Of a DNA stretch of 32,000 bases, positions 19,910 to 26,671 are shown piece after piece (positions within the stretch are counted from its first letter, which is position 1; each line of letters opens with the position of its first letter). A program made the translations under genes and the position numbers. Location of the stretch: positions 180,001 to 212,000 of the forward strand of contig NC_010546.1 in the NCBI RefSeq assembly GCF_000017845.1, written 5' to 3'. The notes beneath the pieces were generated by a model that made no database searches, was not told where the DNA came from, and saw only the letters and a list, made by a program, of their open reading frames with translations. The DNA is from Crocosphaera subtropica ATCC 51142 (GTDB taxonomy: Bacteria; Cyanobacteriota; Cyanobacteriia; Cyanobacteriales; Microcystaceae).

Positions 19910-20632
19910 ATGACTGAAAATCAACAGCAAAAAAATTTAAGTTATTATTGTGAAAGTTTTACTAATCTGAACGTTCGGACTAAATATCAACATTTCGAGT
20001 TTAAGCCTGGTGTTAAAAAAGAATTGATAACTATTAATGAGTCTATTGCAAAGTTAAAACAAGCAGTTGAATATGTTTTATTAGATCAAGAATTATTTCA
20101 ATTTCTTAAAGACCCAGAAAGTAGAAAAGAATTAATCGACACTTTAATTAATGTTTGGTTTTCTTCTGCTCAGAAAGAATTACAAGAAATTTTAGACATT
20201 AATCAATCATTTGAAGAAGCAGGAAATGAAGAAGTAGAAGAAACAGAAACCACCAAAAAATTTTATATGAGAAAGTCTTTATTAAGGGATTCTTTTTTTC
20301 GTAAGGCAGTTATTCATGCCTATGACTATCGTTGCTCATTATGCCAACTAAGAGTAATTAAATCATTATCCCAAAGTATTGTAGATGGGGCGCATATTAA
20401 ACCGTTTGCACAGTTTTATGACAACAAGATAGATAACGGTATTTCATTATGTAAAAATCATCATTGGGCTTTTGATAAAGGGATTTTTAGTATTGATGAT
20501 AATTATCAAGTTCTGATTTCTGATAATTTCTCTGAAGACTCATCCAATATGAAACCTATTAGGGACTTTCAAGGTGAAACTATTTTATTACCAAACTCAC
20601 AAACATATTTTCCGAGTTTAGAAGCAATTTAA
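19910..20632 (+). CDS. HNH endonuclease (HNH_2/restriction-type beta-beta-alpha-Me finger) with an uncharacterised ~125-aa N-terminal domain
   Basis: The C-terminal region reads YDYRCSLCQL....VDGAHIKPF......NGISLCKNHHWAFDKGIFSID. This gives a Cys pair, the catalytic DGAH histidine, and the Asn and HH of the HNH motif. The gene ends 62 bp upstream of dndC on the same strand. Confidence 0.75.
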   Translation: MTENQQQKNLSYYCESFTNLNVRTKYQHFEFKPGVKKELITINESIAKLKQAVEYVLLDQELFQFLKDPESRKELIDTLINVWFSSAQKELQEILDINQSFEEAGNEEVEETETTKKFYMRKSLLRDSFFRKAVIHAYDYRCSLCQLRVIKSLSQSIVDGAHIKPFAQFYDNKIDNGISLCKNHHWAFDKGIFSIDDNYQVLISDNFSEDSSNMKPIRDFQGETILLPNSQTYFPSLEAI

Positions 20633-20694
20633 TGGCATCGTCAAAACATTTTTAGATAATAGTTATTTAAGATTTTGAGAGGAGATGAACAAAC

Positions 20695-22275
20695 ATGACC
20701 AATATTCAAACCACATTATTTCCACCCCGTACTGTTCCAGAACTCATTAAAGATATAAAAAGATTAACCGAAGAGATACAAGAATTATATTGCGCTGATA
20801 ATATACCCCTTGTTATTGGCTATTCAGGGGGTAAAGATAGTAGTGCTATTGTACAGTTAATTTGGAATGCTATTTCAGAACTACCGTTAGAAAAAAGACA
20901 TAAAAAAATCTATGTTATTACCACTGATACGTTAGTAGAAAACCCTTTCGTTTCTGCATGGGTTAATAAGTCTATCGAAAGGATGAAAAAACAGGCTAAA
21001 GAAGAACAGTTACCTATTGAACCTCATTTGCTGACCCCAGAAGTTTCACAAACTTATTGGACTGGTTTAATAGGTAAAGGATATCCTGCCCCTCGTCATA
21101 CCTTTCGTTGGTGTACACCTCGTTTAAAAATTGATCCATCTAACCGTTTTATTCGTAATGTTGTTAGAGCAAATAATGAGGCTATTGTAGTTTTAGGAAC
21201 TCGTAAAACAGAAAGCCAAAACCGTGAAGCGATCATGACAAAACGAGAACAGGGAAGAGTACGTGATCGCCTTTGTAAACATCCTCATTTACCCAGTTCT
21301 TTGTTATACACTCCCATCGAAGACTGGCGAACCGATGAAGTCTGGTTATATTTAATGCAATGGGAAAACCCTTGGGGACATAGTAATAAAGATTTATTTG
21401 CTATGTATCGAGGGGCAACTGCTGATAATGAATGTCCTTTAGTCATTGATACTTCTACCCCCAGTTGTGGAAGTTCTCGCTTCGGTTGTTGGGTGTGTAC
21501 CCTAGTTGACAGCGATAAGTCTTTAGCAGCAATGATCCAAAATGATGAAGAAAAAGAATGGTTACAACCCTTGATAGATGTTCGTAAGGAGTTAGATATA
21601 CAAAATGATCGAGAGAAAAGAGACTTTAGACGTATTTGGGGGACTGTTCATCTTTTTGAACGTAATATTGATGGTCAGACTTCCATTGAACCGGTACCAG
21701 GTCCCTATACAAAATATTGGCGAGAACATTGGTTAAGACTAGTATTAGAAGCGCAAGTTAAAGTGAAAAAAAATGCACCAGACGATATGAAAGATATTAC
21801 CTTAATTACCCAAGAAGAACTTAGCGAAATAAGACGAATATGGTTAGAAGAAAAACACGAATTTGATGATAGTTTACCTCGCATTTATGAAGAAGTCACA
21901 GGGGAACCGTTTATTGATAGCCGTCCAGGAGTGGGTCATAGTTTACTAGGTAGCGATGAATGGGACATTTTATCAGAGGTGTGTGGAGAGGATACAATGC
22001 ACTTAGAATTGATGGCCAGACTATTAGATACCGAAAGACAATTTTATACTAAGTCTCGTCGTGTCGGTATCTATGGTGACTTAGAAAAATGCTTTGAAAC
22101 CAGTTCCCGTTCTCAAAATGATGCTATTGATAATGCACACCAAAAACGCAACCTAAAAAATGCGATCGCAAAAGAAGATATTAATCAAGTTAAAAGAGAA
22201 CTCAAGAAAACATTAAACCCCGAAGACAGACAACCCCAACAACAATTATCCTGGGGAAAAATTAAATTTGGTTAA
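20695..22275 (+). CDS. dndC: DNA phosphorothioation sulfurtransferase DndC (PAPS-reductase/PP-loop ATPase family)
   Basis: The PP-loop is VIGYSGGKDSS, followed by TDTLVENP, GYPAPRHTFRWCTPRLKIDP and LGTRKTESQNR. The Fe-S cysteine cluster is ECPLVIDTSTPSCGSSRFGCWVCT, followed by DREKRDFRR and VPGPYT. At 526 aa the match to the DndC family as I remember it is close. A GAGGAG motif lies ~12 nt upstream of the ATG. Confidence 0.9.
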   Translation: MTNIQTTLFPPRTVPELIKDIKRLTEEIQELYCADNIPLVIGYSGGKDSSAIVQLIWNAISELPLEKRHKKIYVITTDTLVENPFVSAWVNKSIERMKKQAKEEQLPIEPHLLTPEVSQTYWTGLIGKGYPAPRHTFRWCTPRLKIDPSNRFIRNVVRANNEAIVVLGTRKTESQNREAIMTKREQGRVRDRLCKHPHLPSSLLYTPIEDWRTDEVWLYLMQWENPWGHSNKDLFAMYRGATADNECPLVIDTSTPSCGSSRFGCWVCTLVDSDKSLAAMIQNDEEKEWLQPLIDVRKELDIQNDREKRDFRRIWGTVHLFERNIDGQTSIEPVPGPYTKYWREHWLRLVLEAQVKVKKNAPDDMKDITLITQEELSEIRRIWLEEKHEFDDSLPRIYEEVTGEPFIDSRPGVGHSLLGSDEWDILSEVCGEDTMHLELMARLLDTERQFYTKSRRVGIYGDLEKCFETSSRSQNDAIDNAHQKRNLKNAIAKEDINQVKRELKKTLNPEDRQPQQQLSWGKIKFG

Positions 22276-22431
22276 CCTAAAGATAACACAGAAAACGAGA
22301 ACAATCTATGATAAATTATGCCTTAAATCTTGATATTGTGGGTAAACGGACAGACGAAACCTTTTATCCACTCTGTCGTAGTTTAATAGCATTATAAAAA
22401 TAATAAATAACTTTATTTCTTTACTTAACTT

Positions 22432-24435
22432 ATGTTGTTTACTGAATTAGTCCTACAAAACTTTGGTCCTTATGCTGGTAAAAACATTATTAATCTACAC
22501 ACGGAAAAAAATAAGGAAACTCGTCCTATTATCCTTATTGGAGGAATGAATGGAGGAGGAAAAACAACCCTTATGGATGCCATTCGTCTCGCATTATACG
22601 GGCAACGGGCCCAATGTTCAACTCGGAATAACCTCAGTTACAGCGACTTTTTAATTCAAGCAATTAATAACCAAACTCCATTAGGAGACGAAACCAGAAT
22701 AGAATTAGCATTTGAACATTTTATTGATGATCAATGGAAGCAATTACGCATTGTTAGACGCTGGAATAAACAACTAAAAGATGGCAAAGATAGCTTGGGT
22801 ATTTTAGAAACAGGTGGGCCCAATAACTATGACTGGCCCGATAAAGCATTAACAGATACCTGGGATGAATTTATCGAAACTGTGTTACCTTTAGGCATTT
22901 CTAACTTATTTTTATTCGATGGGGAACAGGTTAAAGAATTAGCAGAACAAGATATCCCACCCACTAGCGTTATTGAAGCAATACAGTCTTTACTTGGATT
23001 AGAATTAGTTGAAAGATTAGCCGTAGATTTAGACGTTTTGGTGAACCGTAAACAGAAAAAACTAGCGAGTCAATCTCAACTCAAAACCATAGAAGATATT
23101 GAAGATAAATTAAACCATTATAAGCAAGAAAAAGAAAATGCAGTAGAAGATTTTACTTCTATTAGTAACCAACTTAAATGCGCTAATAAAAAAGTACAAG
23201 AAGCATCTGAACGCTTTAGAATAGAAGGGGGGAAAATAGCCTCAGAAAGTAGTACCCTCAAAAAAAACATTAATGAGTTAAAAGAGAAATTACAACAGCA
23301 ACGCAATGAACTGGTAAACTTAGCAGCAACCAGTTTACCTTTAGCTTTAATTACTCCCTTACTCACCGAAGCAAAAAAACAAGGTGAAATAGAAATTAAA
23401 CAACAACAAGCTATCCTAACTAAAACTGTCTTACAACAACGAGATCAAAAGTTACTTGATTATTTAGAAAGCTTAGAACTCACTCAAGAAAAATTGCACA
23501 AAATTGAAACATTTTTATCACGAGAATATGAAAGCATTGATCAAGATTCTAAAATGAACCTTAATTATACTATAGGAATAACAGAAGAGGATTTAAACCA
23601 ACTTAATACATTATTAGACTATAAATTACCATCCCAACTTAATACTGCTAAACAACAACTCGATACCTTACAAAAATTAGAAGTTGACTTAGATAACAAT
23701 GAGAGAAAGTTACAAGTTGCTGCATCTCCAGAAGACTATCAAAAACTTAGTGATGCACTCACCAATGCACAAAAAGAAGCTGCTAAGTATCAAAGCGAAT
23801 ATAACCTCGCAGAAAAACGTATTAGAGAAGCAGAGAAAGCAGTACAAATGACTATCAAAGACTTGAAAAGTTATACCGATGAAGCATTAGAAAAACAAAA
23901 TAACGAACACATTATTAAATCGGCAGCTAAAGTCCAAACTACGCTAAAATTATTTAAAGAACGATTAACCCTAAAAAAACTCAATAAACTAGAAGGGGAA
24001 GTTACCGAATGTTTCCGTTATTTACTTCATAAATCTGATCTTGTTCATCGAGTAGCTATTGATACCTATAATTTTAGTTTATCTCTTTATGATCCTCAAG
24101 GGGAAACCGTCCCTAAACATCGTTTATCCGCAGGAGAAAAACAACTTTTATCCATCGCATTTTTGTGGGGGTTAGCAAGGGTTTCCGGTCGCAACTTACC
24201 CATCGCTATTGATACCCCGTTAGGTAGACTTGACTCTTCTCATCGGAATAACCTAGTTGAACGTTATTTTCCCACCGCTTCCCATCAAGTTATCTTACTG
24301 TCTACGGATACGGAAATACGACAAGAGGAGTTCCAGCAACTCACGGAACAAGATGCGATCGCTCATACTTATCTACTAGAATATGATACCAGTGACCGTC
24401 AAACTACCGTTCACTGCGATCGCTATTTTTGGTAA
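22432..24435 (+). CDS. dndD: DNA sulfur modification protein DndD (SMC/ABC-like ATPase)
   Basis: The N-terminus is MLFTELVLQNFGPYAG... with Walker A GGMNGGGKTTLMDAIRLALYG, followed by LFLFDGEQVKELA. A ~350-aa coiled-coil lies in the middle. The ABC signature is RLSAGEKQLLSIAF and the Walker B/D-loop is PIAIDTPLGRLD. The length is 667 aa. Confidence 0.88.
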   Translation: MLFTELVLQNFGPYAGKNIINLHTEKNKETRPIILIGGMNGGGKTTLMDAIRLALYGQRAQCSTRNNLSYSDFLIQAINNQTPLGDETRIELAFEHFIDDQWKQLRIVRRWNKQLKDGKDSLGILETGGPNNYDWPDKALTDTWDEFIETVLPLGISNLFLFDGEQVKELAEQDIPPTSVIEAIQSLLGLELVERLAVDLDVLVNRKQKKLASQSQLKTIEDIEDKLNHYKQEKENAVEDFTSISNQLKCANKKVQEASERFRIEGGKIASESSTLKKNINELKEKLQQQRNELVNLAATSLPLALITPLLTEAKKQGEIEIKQQQAILTKTVLQQRDQKLLDYLESLELTQEKLHKIETFLSREYESIDQDSKMNLNYTIGITEEDLNQLNTLLDYKLPSQLNTAKQQLDTLQKLEVDLDNNERKLQVAASPEDYQKLSDALTNAQKEAAKYQSEYNLAEKRIREAEKAVQMTIKDLKSYTDEALEKQNNEHIIKSAAKVQTTLKLFKERLTLKKLNKLEGEVTECFRYLLHKSDLVHRVAIDTYNFSLSLYDPQGETVPKHRLSAGEKQLLSIAFLWGLARVSGRNLPIAIDTPLGRLDSSHRNNLVERYFPTASHQVILLSTDTEIRQEEFQQLTEQDAIAHTYLLEYDTSDRQTTVHCDRYFW

Positions 24436-24485
24436 TTCTTTTTTGATTAAATCTTGAAAAAAATCGAAAATTCTTGCTTAAAACC

Positions 24486-24524
24486 TTGCCAAAGCTTTCA
24501 CTTAATGATAATTTATGTTAGAAT
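24486..24524 (+). promoter_or_regulatory. Sigma70-like promoter candidate inside the dndD-dndE spacer
   Basis: An extended -10 TGtTAGAAT (24516-24524) has TTCACT 16 nt upstream (24497-24502). An alternative pairing is TTGCCA (24486-24491), a 17-nt spacer and TAATTT (24509-14). The site lies ~240 nt upstream of the dndE ATG. This is sequence pattern only. Confidence 0.3.
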
Positions 24525-24765
24525 ACTTTGTGCAAACAATTATAAAATTTTGTCTTAATATTTCCATCTTTAAACTCACATTTTTAATCTTTACACAAAT
24601 TTCGTCCAAAAGCAACTCCCTCTTTTTTAACATTCCCAATCTTGGGGTGGATTAGACGGCTATAATTAAGGTAATCACAGTAACCCACTATCTTAATCAG
24701 GTGAGCAAAATCAACAAAAAATAGAAAAGTCAAAATAATTATCAAATTAGTCCACTCTAGATGGA

Positions 24766-25155
24766 ATGATTATGGAATCACCGATCAAACAAATACGGTT
24801 ATCCCAAACTGCAAAAGACCAACTAATTAAACTGAAAAGATATACCAAAATAGAACAGTGGAATATTTTATGTCGATGGGGGTTTTGTCGTTCGTTAGCT
24901 GAACCGAGTATTCCCTCTCCTGTCCCCATTATCCTCGATAGTAACGTAGAAATGACTTGGAGAGTGTTCGGGGGAAATATGGCCGATTTATTATTAATTG
25001 CTTTAAAGCAACGCTGTTATAAAGATGGTTTAGGAACTGATAAAGAGACCTTAATCACTCAATTTAGATTACATTTACACCGAGGAATTGGCTATTTAGC
25101 AGGAGATATGAATATCAAAAAAATTGAACATTTAATTGAATTAACTACAAAATAA
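24766..25155 (+). CDS. dndE: DNA sulfur modification protein DndE
   Basis: The small protein (129 aa, or 127 aa from the ATG at 24772) has the DndE-like N-terminal pattern IRLSQTAKDQLIKLKRYTKIEQWNILCRWGFCRSL. It sits downstream of dndC-dndD. An in-frame TAG at 24748-24750 prevents a longer N-terminus. Confidence 0.75.
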   Translation: MIMESPIKQIRLSQTAKDQLIKLKRYTKIEQWNILCRWGFCRSLAEPSIPSPVPIILDSNVEMTWRVFGGNMADLLLIALKQRCYKDGLGTDKETLITQFRLHLHRGIGYLAGDMNIKKIEHLIELTTK

Positions 25156-25168
25156 AATTAGAAATCAC

Positions 25169-25389
25169 ATGCATGACTTATATGAAGAAGATTATAACCT
25201 TTGGACAGATCAACAAATTGAAGCCTTAAAAAATAGAGATATTAAAGCATTAGAGTGGGATAATTTAGCTTAAGTGCAGTTAGTTTGATATTACGTCATG
25301 GCAAAGCGAAAAAAGCTGAGGTTAAATTTCCAGATACTTGTCCCTTTACCTTTGAGCAAATTATTAAAGAAGGATGGTATCCCAACTAA
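25169..25389 (+). pseudogene. Decayed DUF29-family gene (N- and C-terminal fragments in different frames, middle ~85 codons missing)
   Basis: 25169-25273 encodes MHDLYEEDYNLWTDQQIEALKNRDIKALEWDNLA*, the DUF29 N-terminal signature LYE.D...W...Q...L......W.N. A different frame ending at 25389 encodes ...KAEVKFPDTCPFTFEQIIKEGWYPN*, the DUF29 C-terminal signature FP...PFT.E..L. Intact family members are ~140 aa as I recall. Confidence 0.55.
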
Positions 25390-25471
25390 AATTTTTCTCT
25401 AACTCATCAGATCAAAATCTGCTATAATGGCCATTTTGGAGTATATTGTGTTTTAGGAGAAAATTGCTTAT

Positions 25472-26080
25472 ATGTCTCGTTATAGAGGACCTCGCCTCAG
25501 AGTGGTGCGAAGACTAGGAGAACTACCAGGGTTAAGCAGAAAAACCCCCCGTCGGGCTTATCCCCCTGGTCAGCATGGTCAAGGCCGCCGTAAACGTTCA
25601 GAATACGCCATTCGACTCGAAGAAAAGCAAAAGTTATTGTATAACTACGGTGTTACCGAAAAACAGTTAGTTCGTTACATGAAAAAAGCCCGTCGGTCTA
25701 CCGATTCTACGGGACAAAAATTGTTAGAACTGCTAGAAATGCGCTTAGATAACACTGTCTTTCGTTTAGGGATGGCAGGAACCATTCCAGGGGCCCGTCA
25801 ATTAGTCAATCATGGTCACGTCATCGTGAATGGCCGTGTGGTTAATATTGCCAGTTATCAGTGTCGTCCTGGGGATGTTATTTCTGTTAGAAATAAGGAT
25901 AACTCTCGTCGCATGGTAGAAACCAATATGCAGTATCCAGGGTTGGCTAACCTTCCTGATCATTTAGAATTTGATAAAAATACCCTAACTGGTAAAGTCA
26001 ATGATGTTATTAAACGGGAATGGGTAGCATTGCAAATTAATGAACTACTGGTGGTTGAATATTATTCTCGGAAAGTGTAG
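25472..26080 (+). CDS. rpsD: 30S ribosomal protein S4
   Basis: The sequence starts [21 protein letters not shown] and continues ...[20 protein letters not shown]. The S4 RNA-binding domain is [31 protein letters not shown]. The length is 202 aa. Confidence 0.95.
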   Translation: MSRYRGPRLRVVRRLGELPGLSRKTPRRAYPPGQHGQGRRKRSEYAIRLEEKQKLLYNYGVTEKQLVRYMKKARRSTDSTGQKLLELLEMRLDNTVFRLGMAGTIPGARQLVNHGHVIVNGRVVNIASYQCRPGDVISVRNKDNSRRMVETNMQYPGLANLPDHLEFDKNTLTGKVNDVIKREWVALQINELLVVEYYSRKV

Positions 26081-26088
26081 TCAGTATT

Positions 26089-26122
26089 GGACAACTATTA
26101 CGGTTGTCCTCTCTTTAAATTT
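26089..26122 (+). terminator. Terminator-like hairpin directly after rpsD
   Basis: GGACAAC (26089-26095) pairs with GTTGTCC (26103-26109) around a 7-nt loop, followed by TCTCTTTAAATTT. Confidence 0.45.
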
Positions 26123-26146
26123 AGTAGTGGATATCAGAATTCAACC

Positions 26147-26183
26147 CCTAGAAAAAGCTTAGCCCGTTTTCTAGGCTTTTTTG
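26147..26183 (+). terminator. Second terminator-like hairpin downstream of rpsD
   Basis: CCTAGAAAA (26147-26155) pairs with TTTTCTAGG (26167-26175) around an 11-nt loop, followed by CTTTTTTG. Confidence 0.5.
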
Positions 26184-26240
26184 TAGCGGTCAACCTTGGC
26201 TTAATTGTGATCACATTTTGATCCAGAGAAACTTCTGCTC

Positions 26241-26267
26241 CCAATTCTCAAAAGTTACTAGAGACTT
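26241..26267 (-). repeat. Copy A of a short dispersed repeat (27 nt, inverted relative to copy B)
   Basis: 26241-26260 (ccaattctcaaaagttacta) is the exact reverse complement of 30729-30748. The overlapping 26259-26267 (tagagactt) is the exact reverse complement of 30665-30673. Confidence 0.8.
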
Positions 26268-26671
26268 ATATAAATATTCTTTTTCCTATATCCCCCCTGC
26301 TTCCTCTGCTCACCTCAACTAATAATCTCTATTGTTTATCAAAAGAATTGGTATGACCTCCTTAAATTCCTGTGTTCGTCCCAGAAGCTTAACTGGCAAA
26401 ATTAATATTAATAATATCTCACTATTAGCAATGATCGACTATAATTTAATAGTGATATGATAAAGAATCTGTATCCTGAAACTGATTGAACAAATTACAC
26501 TCAATCTTCTAAGATCGTCCTTGTCGCCTTGGGTGAGAAGGATATTCTTCGTGGCAGTTCATTGGCTTAGGGAAAGGCTCTTGTGGTTCTGACCCCCTAG
26601 AATTGGAAACTGTACATAAACAGGAGGCACCGCCAACTATTGGAGATTCAGATATAGGAAAACAAAAGTAC

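Noticed and set aside
19910-20632. HNH protein as a PT-dependent type IV restriction enzyme (ScoMcrA-like) or as a homing endonuclease of an intron/intein
   Set aside because: A PT-dependent cutter encoded beside an active PT-writing cluster would attack the host's own DNA, and I see no SRA-like segment. No split host gene or intron-like structure flanks it, so a homing role is unsupported. Both remain formal alternatives to the coupled-effector hypothesis.
1382-24929. Short ORFs nested antisense or out of frame inside larger genes: 1382-1642, 1667-1894, 2828-3010, 3665-3889, 4435-4722, 8607-8840, 9717-9974, 12684-12878, 18414-18650, 18890-19192, 23118-23366 and 24747-24929
   Set aside because: Each lies largely within, or opposite to, a longer ORF that has clear family motifs. 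Their translations are low-complexity (S/P/L/C-rich), as expected for shadow ORFs. None has independent support.
26603-26671. TTG-initiated 23-codon N-terminal extension of S1 proposed by the ORF track
   Set aside because: The conserved cyanobacterial S1 N-terminus begins at MVTQK (ATG 26672). The upstream 23 codons (ETVHKQEAPPTIGDSDIGKQKY) look like translated leader and depend on a rare TTG start.
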